From the NCBI GenBank assembly GCA_018400695.1, contig JAGYMF010000003.1, positions 1 to 42,881 on the forward strand: a DNA stretch of 42,881 nt. Reading direction: 5' to 3'. The translations under genes and the position numbers were made by a program. The notes under the pieces were generated by a model that ran no database searches, was not told the DNA's origin, and was given only the letters and a program-made list of their open reading frames with translations. Positions 1-9,089 of this stretch are shown here, piece by piece (the stretch's first letter is position 1; every line of letters begins with the position of its first letter). The stretch is from Bacteroidales bacterium (GTDB taxonomy: Bacteria; Bacteroidota; Bacteroidia; Bacteroidales; GCA-2748055).

Positions 1-2
1 CC

Positions 3-569
3 GAGGAGTATGCCAATATTATTTATCAAACTGCCGGGGAGACGAATAAACTCACTAATAATTTGCTGAACTGGGCACGTGCACAGCGCGACAGTATTGA
101 GGTCAGAATCGCTTCTGTTCCACTCGATGAAATCCTTCAGGGATCCAGGGTTAATGCAGCAGCACAGGCTGACAGGAAACGTGTCCGGGTGACGATTCAT
201 AATCACTATTCCGGGAATGTTCTTGCCGACAAGGATCTGATAATGACCGTGCTTTTAAACCTTCTGAGCAATGCTATTAAGTTCACCAGGCCGGGTGGAG
301 AGGTCGAACTGATCACTGAAATCAGGAAGAATGAGGTGCTTATCTCTGTCAAGGATAGCGGCATCGGGATTCCTGCAGAGAATATCCCCAAGCTGTTCAA
401 GGAGATTGAGTCGGTAAGTACCCCGGGAACGGAAAATGAGAAGGGAACAGGGCTCGGGTTGCTGGTCTGCAAAGAATTTGTGGAGTTGCACCATGGAAAG
501 ATCGAAGTAAACTCGGAACTGGGCAAGGGTTCTGTTTTCTCTTTTAACCTGCCATTGGCGGAGGACTGA
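3..569 (+). CDS. Sensor histidine kinase, C-terminal part (end of HisKA + HATPase_c); 5'-truncated by window edge
   Basis: Open frame from window start ([26 protein letters not shown]); N box [11 protein letters not shown]1 VKDSGIGI, G2 GTGLGL motifs. Confidence 0.92.
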   Translation, partial: EEYANIIYQTAGETNKLTNNLLNWARAQRDSIEVRIASVPLDEILQGSRVNAAAQADRKRVRVTIHNHYSGNVLADKDLIMTVLLNLLSNAIKFTRPGGEVELITEIRKNEVLISVKDSGIGIPAENIPKLFKEIESVSTPGTENEKGTGLGLLVCKEFVELHHGKIEVNSELGKGSVFSFNLPLAED

Positions 570-694
570 AACCATCCTGGTGGGGATTTAAAACACCAAC
601 CTGACCATTGTACTGCTGTCTGCAGGCTGAAACATGCCTTTTTTGTCGAACAATTTTGCTAACTTGGAGGTTAAATAAAAAAAACGAAAATCTT

Positions 695-1411
695 ATGAAT
701 CGTAAATCAAATACTTTATTTGTCTTCGCCGCGGTCATTACAATGACCCTGCTTTCGAACCCGGCCTTCAGCCAGATAAGGGTGTACCATACGAGCGGCG
801 GGGAGTCGATCATCTCTGATGCACTTGTCAGTTACGACAATTCCACCGTGAATACCAACCTCCGCTTCACCACGTTTTTTCATGCAGAACAGATGCTGAA
901 CGTGGACCTGGGAAGGTTCCTGGGGATGTATTCCGGCCTCGGGGTGAGGAATGTCGGGTTTATCACGGACGACCTATACCAGAACATGGGGTTCCTGGGC
1001 GTCGATGATACCCATCCGGACTGGAACAAGCAGACAAAACTCAAACGCCGTACCTATTCCCTGGGCGTTCCCCTGGCACTGAAGATCGGTCTGTTGAAAA
1101 AACAGATTTTCCTGTACGGCGGGGCGGAGTATGAATGGACCTTTCACTACAAGCAGAAGCTCTTTATCGACGGGGAGAAATTCAAGTTTTCTGAATGGAC
1201 CAGCGACCGGGTGAATGCTTTCCTGCCTTCATTTTTTGCTGGTGTACAGCTGCCCAAAGGGCTGAATATCAAGTTCAGGTACTACCTCGACGATTTCCTG
1301 AATCCTGCGTATACCGGGATTGACTTCGGAGAGAATGTCGATTATTCAAATTTCGGTTCTACCGGCATCTACTACATCTCCCTCGCCTTTGTTACCGGGG
1401 GGAAAAAGTAA
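695..1411 (+). CDS. Secreted outer-membrane beta-barrel (porin-family-like) protein
   Basis: ATG at 695 after A-rich leader; Sec signal MNRKSNTLFVFAAVITMTLLSNPAFS-Q; alternating aromatic beta-strands (YSGLGVRNVGF, YSLGVPLALKIG, FLYGGAEYEW). Confidence 0.65.
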   Translation: MNRKSNTLFVFAAVITMTLLSNPAFSQIRVYHTSGGESIISDALVSYDNSTVNTNLRFTTFFHAEQMLNVDLGRFLGMYSGLGVRNVGFITDDLYQNMGFLGVDDTHPDWNKQTKLKRRTYSLGVPLALKIGLLKKQIFLYGGAEYEWTFHYKQKLFIDGEKFKFSEWTSDRVNAFLPSFFAGVQLPKGLNIKFRYYLDDFLNPAYTGIDFGENVDYSNFGSTGIYYISLAFVTGGKK

Positions 1412-1498
1412 CGGCGCCGGGCCCTGACGGCCGAATTCCGATATCCTGCTCCTTCATCATATTAACTGGTACAGTTATTAACCAGTTAAAATGTATGT

Positions 1499-3616
1499 AT
1501 GATGAAGAAAAAACTTACCATCGCACTGTCCGGCGCTTTGCTGCTGTGTTCTTTTGCAGTAAGAAGCCAGGACGGATTGTTCATTTCAGAGATTGTTGAT
1601 CCGGCCGACGATTATTCCGGCCGTTTTGTTGAACTGTTTAATGCCGGCAGCGAGCCGGTGGATTTCAGCGCGACGCCATGCTACCTTTCACGGCAAAGCA
1701 ACGGGGGAACTTCGTGGGGTGAGCTGCTGCTCGAGGGAACGGTGGCAGCAGGGGCGACCTTTGTGATCGGAGGATCGGGCTTTGCCGACCTGTACGGATT
1801 TGCTCCCGACCAGGTAACCGGTATTCTGATCGGCAATGGCAACGATGCCTACTGCCTTTTCAGCGGTGGCGACCATACCGGAGGAACGCTCCATGATATC
1901 TACGGAGCGATCGATATCGACGGTACGGGCGAACCGTGGGAGTATGGGGATCAGCGGGCGTTGCGTATCGCGGGTGTTGCTGCGCCCAATACGGTTTGGA
2001 CCGCAGCGGAGTGGGAGATCACCGCGGCCGGCGTGGCCGACGCGGATCCGGGCATCCATCATGGCGAAGGTGGCGGGGACCTTCCCCTTCCCGGGGTATA
2101 CGGACTCTCGGTTGTGAATGATACCGTTGCTGCGGGCGATACTGCCATTGTGCCGGTGATGGTCTCCTACCTCACAACCTCCGATCATGTGATCTCCTGG
2201 CAATTTGAGTTGACATACGACAGTACAATACTGGACTATCTGTCGGGTACACTCACCGGGACATTGTCTGAAGGCGGTACAGTGGTCGTGAACAGCGATT
2301 CGGCTGGTAGCTTGTCGGTTCGGTATATGAACGCAGAACCGCTTACTGGTGAGGGGGCGATCATCGACCTTCAGTTCAGCGCCCTGGCCCCTGGCACTTC
2401 CGCTGTGCTGATCTCGGACGCCTTCCTGAACAACCATTCCGTAGAAAATCCTGCCGGTGGTGATGTTGTCGTGATGAGTGCCGTGCCTCCGGCTGCAGCG
2501 ATCACATACGACGATACGCTGCACAGGTTCGCCGACACCCTGCTGATCACAGCCACCTTCAGTGAGCAGATGGACCCTGCCGTTCCGGTTACCTTCAGCC
2601 TGCAAGGCGCAGTAACAGTGCCGGAGGTCGTGATGAGCCGCGTGAATGATACGGTCTATACCGCTGCGTGGCCTGTTCCGAAGGCTGAAGGCGATGTGGA
2701 AGTGGTGATGACCGGGGGACGTGACCTGTGGGGAAGTACGGTACTGCCTGCACCGCTCTCCGGGGGCAGCTTTGCGATCGTCCCTTTTTCACCGGGCGAT
2801 GTGGATGATGACGGACTGATTTTGGCGTACGATGCGGCGCTGACATTGCAGCATTCTGTGGGACTGGATCCCCTGCCGGATGTCGATCCGCTGCCCTGGG
2901 AGCCCTGGCGCGACAGTACGGCCAATGTGGATGGATCGCCAGGTATCACGGCCAATGATGCGGCGCTGATACTGCAGTATTCTGCCGGACTGATCACTGG
3001 ATTTGGTGAGGGAGCGAAGAAGGGGGTGACAGCTGCGGATGTGTCGGTTGAAGTGGTGGGAGATGAGATTGTTTTCTATTCACATGGTGCGCTGGTGGGG
3101 CTGAATGTGTCAGCGGTAGAAAGCGCCGGTTTGCTGGGAACGCCGCAGGGGATTGCGGAACAGCTTCTGTCGGCGATGAATATCAATGCGACAGATTACC
3201 GTATTGGCCTGTGCACGGCTGCGGCCCTGCCGGAGGGAACCGCCATGATGAGGATCCCTTACGATGGCAGTGGAACGGCAACATTTAACCTGCGGATCAA
3301 CAAGGAGGAGCGGGTGGTAGCTGTCGACCTGGCTACGGGGATGGGTGGCGTTGCAGACGATCGTTTTTCAGTATATCCCAACCCGGCGGGTAGACGGTTG
3401 TTTATCGATGCCGGCGGAGCGGCGATGGCGGAGGGGACGAGGATCCGTATGACAGACCAGCGCGGGGGAAAGATCATGGATGAGCCATTCGAGGAACGGT
3501 ACAGGGAGATCGATCTTTCCGGTTATCCTGCCGGCGGACTGCTCTACCTGCAGATTGTTTCTCCGGCGGGGGAGGTTATCGCGGGACAAAAGGTGATGGT
3601 GTCCGGCCATGAATAG
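1499..3616 (+). CDS. T9SS-secreted non-catalytic modular protein: lamin-tail domain + cohesin + Ig-like + dockerin + T9SS CTD
   Basis: Signal peptide; LTD motif LFISEIVD..FVELFN; cohesin-like GDTAIVPV..SWQFELTYDSTILDY; duplicated dockerin loops GDVDDDGLILAYDAALTLQ / ANVDGSPGITANDAALILQ; CTD VYPNPA. Confidence 0.8.
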   Translation: MMKKKLTIALSGALLLCSFAVRSQDGLFISEIVDPADDYSGRFVELFNAGSEPVDFSATPCYLSRQSNGGTSWGELLLEGTVAAGATFVIGGSGFADLYGFAPDQVTGILIGNGNDAYCLFSGGDHTGGTLHDIYGAIDIDGTGEPWEYGDQRALRIAGVAAPNTVWTAAEWEITAAGVADADPGIHHGEGGGDLPLPGVYGLSVVNDTVAAGDTAIVPVMVSYLTTSDHVISWQFELTYDSTILDYLSGTLTGTLSEGGTVVVNSDSAGSLSVRYMNAEPLTGEGAIIDLQFSALAPGTSAVLISDAFLNNHSVENPAGGDVVVMSAVPPAAAITYDDTLHRFADTLLITATFSEQMDPAVPVTFSLQGAVTVPEVVMSRVNDTVYTAAWPVPKAEGDVEVVMTGGRDLWGSTVLPAPLSGGSFAIVPFSPGDVDDDGLILAYDAALTLQHSVGLDPLPDVDPLPWEPWRDSTANVDGSPGITANDAALILQYSAGLITGFGEGAKKGVTAADVSVEVVGDEIVFYSHGALVGLNVSAVESAGLLGTPQGIAEQLLSAMNINATDYRIGLCTAAALPEGTAMMRIPYDGSGTATFNLRINKEERVVAVDLATGMGGVADDRFSVYPNPAGRRLFIDAGGAAMAEGTRIRMTDQRGGKIMDEPFEERYREIDLSGYPAGGLLYLQIVSPAGEVIAGQKVMVSGHE

Positions 3617-3650
3617 GCAACTGTCTTAACGGTCAGACCTGTTTTTTACG

Positions 3651-3688
3651 ACCGCGCCAGGGAACTTCCCTGGTGCGGTTTCCTTTTT
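3651..3688 (+). terminator. Rho-independent terminator
   Basis: accgcgccagggaa-c-ttccctggtgcggt stem followed by ttccttttt, 35 bp after the stop of 1499..3616. Confidence 0.75.
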
Positions 3689-3793
3689 AAGGAACTGAAC
3701 CGGGCATGATATTTTTTTTTGAAAAGGAAGGAGTTATTCTCATAGGTTCCGAAAACTTTTGCGCCCAGGATTTTGATGGTTTTTCTGAAATGT

Positions 3794-3801
3794 TACTTTT
3801 G
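3794..3801 (+). promoter_or_regulatory. Bacteroidota sigma-A -7 element (TAnnTTTG)
   Basis: TACTTTTG followed by ca, about 110 bp upstream of ATG 3913. Confidence 0.45.
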
Positions 3802-3912
3802 CAATCTGCCCTAAAAATCCTGATTTTTGTTGCTTTTTTGAAACAAAACAGGATAGGAACCGTATGTTTTTATATTAAACCAATACAAGGAACCATTAAA
3901 ATTTTAATTGTT

Positions 3913-4734
3913 ATGCTTAGATTAAAAGTGATGTTTTTGTTGTTAGCGGGCTTACTGTTTTCAGTTCAACTGCAAGCTGCAGGCGATGTTGAGGTACAAT
4001 ATGTCGCCATCCATTATGGCAATGCAGTGAGCGATGTAATCAATGAGTCTTCGTTCCCGGCATTCACCTTCTACAATGCAGTGGGAGAGGTGACCGGGTA
4101 TACTGAAAAGCAGAAAGTAATCGGTAACCCTACCTATCTTTCCGGATGGTACGGAACAGTGCCAGAGAAAATGGCCTTCAGCGCAAATTACCGCGGCGAG
4201 TACAGCAAGTCGGAAGGATTTCCATACGAAAACGGGGCCGTCTATGTCCTTGATAAAAACGGAACAGTGGCGTATCAGCTGCCTCCTGAAAAATTCAATG
4301 ATGTGAATTACAGGGATAAGTATGATGCTGTTTTCTCTGATATCAAAAACTCCATCAGGAAGTTATCCAGGGGAAAGGAAGAGAAGGTTGTGAAGGAAAA
4401 GAAGCGACAGTATATCAAGTCAAGTCCTGTTGGTGAACGCGAAGCTGTCAAAGGATCGAAAACTGATAACAAGGTGGATGGTATTGTTGGGTGGCCTGTA
4501 CCGGATTTAACCCTTACAGATGGAGAAGGGAATTCCGTGCAGCTGCAGGAACTGGCTGAAGGAAAAGTGACCGTGCTGGTGTTCTATTCCCTCAACGGAG
4601 TTACATGGAAGCGGGGTGATACGGACGGTAACATTGTTGAGGAAGGTGAAGAGAATCCACTGGTGTCTGGTAAAGCCGGTGCCAATAAATTTTTCACACA
4701 GCACCTTAAAATGGTGCAGGCCCTGGCGGAATAA
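3913..4734 (+). CDS. Exported cysteine-free protein with peroxiredoxin/AhpC-TSA-like motifs in permuted order
   Basis: Signal MLRLKVMFLLLAGLLFSVQLQA; GAVYVLDKNGTVAY (normally C-terminal) precedes VGWPVPDLTLTDGEGNSVQLQELAEGKVTVLVFY (normally N-terminal); no Cys. Confidence 0.65.
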   Translation: MLRLKVMFLLLAGLLFSVQLQAAGDVEVQYVAIHYGNAVSDVINESSFPAFTFYNAVGEVTGYTEKQKVIGNPTYLSGWYGTVPEKMAFSANYRGEYSKSEGFPYENGAVYVLDKNGTVAYQLPPEKFNDVNYRDKYDAVFSDIKNSIRKLSRGKEEKVVKEKKRQYIKSSPVGEREAVKGSKTDNKVDGIVGWPVPDLTLTDGEGNSVQLQELAEGKVTVLVFYSLNGVTWKRGDTDGNIVEEGEENPLVSGKAGANKFFTQHLKMVQALAE

Positions 4735-4925
4735 CTGTTATCCGACACCCTTCGTCCTTGGCTCCTCCGGGCCAAAGGTTCCTCCGGGCTGATTTGCGGG
4801 GAACTTCAATCATGTATTGTATGGTCCTCCATTGTATTATTGCCTGAAAACCGGATCCGCTAAAAAAGTTGAAGGTGTTGATTACTGAAGTAGAAATGAA
4901 TTAATAATGTAAATGATAGTGTGAT

Positions 4926-7463
4926 ATGAGAAGTGTTGTCGTATTTTTTATTGGGATGTTGATTGTAGGGGTTTCAAATCTGATGGCACACCAGTTGGAT
5001 GCTGTGAAAGGCACTACTGCAGGCGATGCTGCCAAAAGCGATCCGCAGGGAGTGGTCATTGGGACGGGTACGGCTGTTGATAAGTACCTTCCGGTGGCTC
5101 CCTGGTGGGGATATTCCTATACGCAAACGATCTACCTTCAGCAGGAGATCAATGTTTCCGGACAAATCAAGGAGATCAGTTATTATTATAATGGTGGCAG
5201 TGCCTGGACCGATGATATCGTTATCTATATGGGGACAACCGATAAAAGTTCCTTCACCAGCGAATCTGACTGGGTGGCGGCAGCAAATCTGACACAGGTA
5301 TATGCCGGTCCCCTTGCAGTAACAGCCGCGGAAGGCTGGGTGACCCTGGTACTGGATACCCCTTTCGATTATGATAATAGTCAGAACCTCGTCGTTGCAG
5401 TGGATGAGAACAGCACAGGGTCACATAACGACAGTGATGACTTTTACTGCACTGAGATCACTGATGGTGCGAGGAGCCTGGCTTATGTAAGTGATGAGAG
5501 CAACCCGGATCCCACCTCTCCGCCTGCTGCAGAAGATTTCAGCGGCTGGAGTCCCGATTTTATTCCCAATACCACATTTGGTTTCGGAAATACGGTTGCT
5601 GATCCGGATGCTGCAGTAAGCAGCACCGCTGCAGGTGGGAGCTGGAGTGATGCTGCCACCTGGACAAATGGAGTGGTGCCTGTTACGACCGACAGCGTAG
5701 TGATCAGCGGGCCAGTCAGTATCAATGGCAATTATTCCTGTGATCAGCTGTATGTTGCACCTGAAGGTATCCTGGAGAACGAAAATGATTTGCAGGGATA
5801 TACCCTTACAGTGAATGGCAATCTTGTGAATGAAGGAATAATTCGGGATAACCCGGATTATGATATGACCCTGAGGGTGCTGGTTTACGAGGATGTTGTC
5901 AACGCCGGAACCAGCAGTTTCGGGGAGCTGGCACTTGGGGGAACCAGCAGCCAGACTATTCGTCAGACAGGCACACAACCGTTTACCAATGAAAGAATGA
6001 TCATGTGGTATGATGCAACGGAAACTGTTTTCACCGACGGCAATGTGACTTTTGAAGGGACAGAAATCTCTTTAAGTAACCTGGCTATGGTGCTGAACGG
6101 AAACCTGAACCTTACCGGCGGAGGATTGCTGTCGGAGGTGTCATTAGACGGACAAGGTTATGTGCTGAACTGCTCGGAAAACACACTGCTGGGAACGAAT
6201 ACACTGCTGACCAATATACAATTGGATGGTACCATCCAGGTAACGACCAATGCTGTTACTTTTGGTGAAGGTGTTGTAAACAAAGGTGTTTTGGAGAATG
6301 GAGATGGTCTTCAGTCATACCTGCTGGAGGTAACAGGCAACCTTGTCAATGAGGGTACCATCAGGAACAACAGCGCGTTCGAAACTGCTTTGAATATCAA
6401 GGTGCTCAAAGATTTGATGGATACCGGTAGCATGCTTTTTGGTGAGTTGCAGGTGGATGGGTCAGCTGCCCAGGAGATTAATTTTATCAACACCGATGGA
6501 TTGACTGGTCGGGTTGTATTCTATTCCAACCTGGAAACTGGTGGGCCATATCAGTGGACAAAAGATGGAAATGATATCAGTGGAGAAACTTCCGAAAACA
6601 TGGTCTTTAGTGAAGGACTGACACCCGGTGATGCCGGAATTTATACCTGCGTTTCAGATGGTACAACAAGCCGGACTATTACTGTGGTTGGACCTGACGT
6701 GGCCGTTGATCCGTTACCGATTCCGTTTAGTGAGGGATTCGAAGAGGGCGCTGAAGGATGGGCGGCTTTCAGCCTTGATGACGATGACGCAACGTGGATC
6801 GTCTACACCGGGGAAGAGGCTTATGAAGGCACGCATGCCGCGAGGGTGGAGTGGAACAGTGCAGGGAACAATGACTGGCTGGTTTCACCTTTGCTGGAAA
6901 TACCTGCAGGGGCATCGGTCGACGTGTCATTCATGGCCAAATCGGGACTGGAATCATTCCTGGAGTCGTTTGATGTGAAGGTGATATCAGAAGACGGGGA
7001 GACAGAGGATCACATTGCTTCCGAAACGGATGTGCCCTTGTCTTACACGGAATATACCTATCCATTGGACAATTACGCTGGTCAGAATATCTATGTGGCT
7101 GTTGTTTGCGTATCCGTGGATATGTTTTATCTGTTTTTGGATGATTTCCGGGTTGAGGAGCGGACTGATGATGAGGACGACGGGGGTGATGGAGATGATG
7201 ACGTTTCATCCAGAGCAGATATGGAACACAGTGAGGGTTATGTTCAACTGTATCCCAATCCTGTCCGGGACCGGCTCTTTATTGAAAGTGACAGATCAGT
7301 ACAGGGAGTTAGTATATTTGATATACAAGGGAAACTGGTCATGACTCCGGAAACCAATGATTTGCGCAGTGGTGTTGATCTCTCCGGGCTTGAGGCGGGA
7401 ATCTACTTCCTGCATGTTGTCCAGGAAAACAGGACCTCGATTCATAAAATATTCCGCCATTGA
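4926..7463 (+). CDS. T9SS-secreted multidomain adhesin-like protein (G8/beta-helix-like repeats, Ig, cleaved-adhesin/choice-of-anchor J, T9SS CTD)
   Basis: Signal peptide; GGSWSDAATWTNG; two about 65-aa repeats; YQWTKDG..DAGIYTC Ig motif; PFSEGFE..NDWLVSP..LFLDDF; CTD LYPNPVRD. Confidence 0.8.
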   Translation: MRSVVVFFIGMLIVGVSNLMAHQLDAVKGTTAGDAAKSDPQGVVIGTGTAVDKYLPVAPWWGYSYTQTIYLQQEINVSGQIKEISYYYNGGSAWTDDIVIYMGTTDKSSFTSESDWVAAANLTQVYAGPLAVTAAEGWVTLVLDTPFDYDNSQNLVVAVDENSTGSHNDSDDFYCTEITDGARSLAYVSDESNPDPTSPPAAEDFSGWSPDFIPNTTFGFGNTVADPDAAVSSTAAGGSWSDAATWTNGVVPVTTDSVVISGPVSINGNYSCDQLYVAPEGILENENDLQGYTLTVNGNLVNEGIIRDNPDYDMTLRVLVYEDVVNAGTSSFGELALGGTSSQTIRQTGTQPFTNERMIMWYDATETVFTDGNVTFEGTEISLSNLAMVLNGNLNLTGGGLLSEVSLDGQGYVLNCSENTLLGTNTLLTNIQLDGTIQVTTNAVTFGEGVVNKGVLENGDGLQSYLLEVTGNLVNEGTIRNNSAFETALNIKVLKDLMDTGSMLFGELQVDGSAAQEINFINTDGLTGRVVFYSNLETGGPYQWTKDGNDISGETSENMVFSEGLTPGDAGIYTCVSDGTTSRTITVVGPDVAVDPLPIPFSEGFEEGAEGWAAFSLDDDDATWIVYTGEEAYEGTHAARVEWNSAGNNDWLVSPLLEIPAGASVDVSFMAKSGLESFLESFDVKVISEDGETEDHIASETDVPLSYTEYTYPLDNYAGQNIYVAVVCVSVDMFYLFLDDFRVEERTDDEDDGGDGDDDVSSRADMEHSEGYVQLYPNPVRDRLFIESDRSVQGVSIFDIQGKLVMTPETNDLRSGVDLSGLEAGIYFLHVVQENRTSIHKIFRH

Positions 7464-7505
7464 TGTGATCAATGTCCGTTTTACTTGCTAATTTTATGTT
7501 GCCTG

Positions 7506-7536
7506 CACCATTGCCGGGACCATCCCGGTAATGGTG
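7506..7536 (+). terminator. Stem-loop downstream of the adhesin gene (probable terminator)
   Basis: caccattgccggga-cca-tcccggtaatggtg, 14-bp stem with one G-U pair; weak U-tract. Confidence 0.5.
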
Positions 7537-7596
7537 ACAGGTTTACTGGCAGATAGAGCCGGTATTTTGTTGATGGTAGTTAATGGATATGATCGT

Positions 7597-8979
7597 ATGA
7601 TGAAGGTTTTTTTGAAGGTGGTTGTTTTGATGATGTCGCTGCAGCTGAATGCTCAGATACTGCAGATGGAGGTGCTGATCCAGGGGCTGCCTGACAAAAT
7701 GGTGTTCCTGTCGCATTATGAAAACGGTGGCTACCACCTTATTGACAGCACGATGGCGGTTAACGGCTCCTTCTATTTTGTGAAGGACCCGGTGATGCCC
7801 GACGGGATGTACAGACTGGATTTTCAGCGTCCCGATCCTGCAAAAAAGGAGGCCGGCGCACCCTATATTGAATGTATCTGGTCGGATGAATCGTTTACCG
7901 TGTATGCCGATTACAGGGACATCGCCGGCACAGTAAGTTTCGACGGGTCTGAAGAGAACAGGGTGCTGGGACGTTTTCGTGAGTATGAGAACCTCTATGA
8001 GCGCAAGATGAACGTCCTCTATCCGCTGATCGACCGCTATCCGGAAAAAGACACCTTCTATGCAGGTGCATCTGACCATTTCATGTCCCTGCAGGCTGAA
8101 AGGGATTCGTTGATCCTCGGGCTGTCGGCCGACCATCCCGGCCTCTTTGCCACCAGGCTTATCCGCGCGTACCGTTCCCCGTTGATCCCGGCTGACATGC
8201 AGGAGAGCGACCGGGTTACATTCATGAAGGAGCATTATTTTGAAAAAGCGCTGCTGGATGATCCTGCATTGTTGTACGCGCCTGTCTATAACCGCCGCAT
8301 CATCGATTACCTGATGCTCTACCGGGGCAGGGATTACTCCTTCACTGAACAGGAGGAGACGTTTACAGAAGCAGTGGACATCATCATGGCCAATGTGTCT
8401 GGCGATCCGGATCTGCGTTCCTTCGTGGTGGAATACCTGCTGGATGGGTTCCGGTCGTTCGGTATGGAGAAGATTCAGACGTATATCGTGGACACCTATG
8501 CCGACGAAACCTGTACCACCGATGCAGTAGCGCTGGCTGAGCAGCGTGTTGAAGGGTACCGCAAGATGGCGGAGGGTCAGGTGGCGGAAGACATCATGGT
8601 ACGCGATGCCGACCGGCAGCTGCAGCGGTTATCGGAAGTGGATGCGGACTACACCCTGGTGCTTTTCTGGGCCACCTATTGTGAGCACTGCATGGAGATG
8701 ATGCCCGAACTGCAAGCCTGGTACAGGGAAGAGCGTCCGGGGAATCTGGAGGTTTTTACCGTATCGATCGATACGGTGGTAGCTGACTGGCAGCGTTTCA
8801 GCGAAGTTTTTGATCCGTCCTGGATCAATACCCATGAACCGATGGGGTGGGAGGGAAAGAGTGCGGAAGATTACAACATCTATGCCACCCCAACCATGTT
8901 CCTTCTCGACCGCGAGCGACGCATCATTGCCCGCCCTTTTACCCTTCGGGAGCTGCGCCGGGAGATCCGAAGACTTTGA
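7597..8979 (+). CDS. TlpA-family thiol-disulfide oxidoreductase (N-terminal DUF4369/DUF5106-like region + redoxin domain)
   Basis: Signal peptide MMKVFLKVVVLMMSLQLNA; LVLFWATYCEHC CxxC; cis-Pro YATPTMFLLD. Confidence 0.85.
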   Translation: MMKVFLKVVVLMMSLQLNAQILQMEVLIQGLPDKMVFLSHYENGGYHLIDSTMAVNGSFYFVKDPVMPDGMYRLDFQRPDPAKKEAGAPYIECIWSDESFTVYADYRDIAGTVSFDGSEENRVLGRFREYENLYERKMNVLYPLIDRYPEKDTFYAGASDHFMSLQAERDSLILGLSADHPGLFATRLIRAYRSPLIPADMQESDRVTFMKEHYFEKALLDDPALLYAPVYNRRIIDYLMLYRGRDYSFTEQEETFTEAVDIIMANVSGDPDLRSFVVEYLLDGFRSFGMEKIQTYIVDTYADETCTTDAVALAEQRVEGYRKMAEGQVAEDIMVRDADRQLQRLSEVDADYTLVLFWATYCEHCMEMMPELQAWYREERPGNLEVFTVSIDTVVADWQRFSEVFDPSWINTHEPMGWEGKSAEDYNIYATPTMFLLDRERRIIARPFTLRELRREIRRL

Positions 8980-8987
8980 GCGGGCAA
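8960..8987 (+). repeat. 28-bp direct repeat, left copy (3' end of the tlpA-like gene)
   Basis: gggagatccgaagactttgagcgggcaa, identical to 12474..12501. Confidence 0.95.
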
Positions 8988-9009
8988 CCAGTTAACTTAA
9001 GCCAGGTAT

Positions 9010-9043
9010 GAGAGGGAGCTAAGGTCAGTGATAGCTCCCTCTC
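9010..9043. terminator. Perfect 12-bp stem-loop between convergent genes (bidirectional terminator candidate)
   Basis: gagagggagcta-N10-tagctccctctc. Confidence 0.6.
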
Positions 9044-9089
9044 TGCCAGCTTTAAACAATCAGGTAAATGACCCCCCAGGGTATTTCTT

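Noticed and set aside
3706-3912. Upstream extensions given by the ORF track (also 608, 7531, 25822, 25858 starts)
   Set aside because: Downstream ATGs give proper signal peptides or conserved N-termini; the extensions run through promoter or terminator DNA
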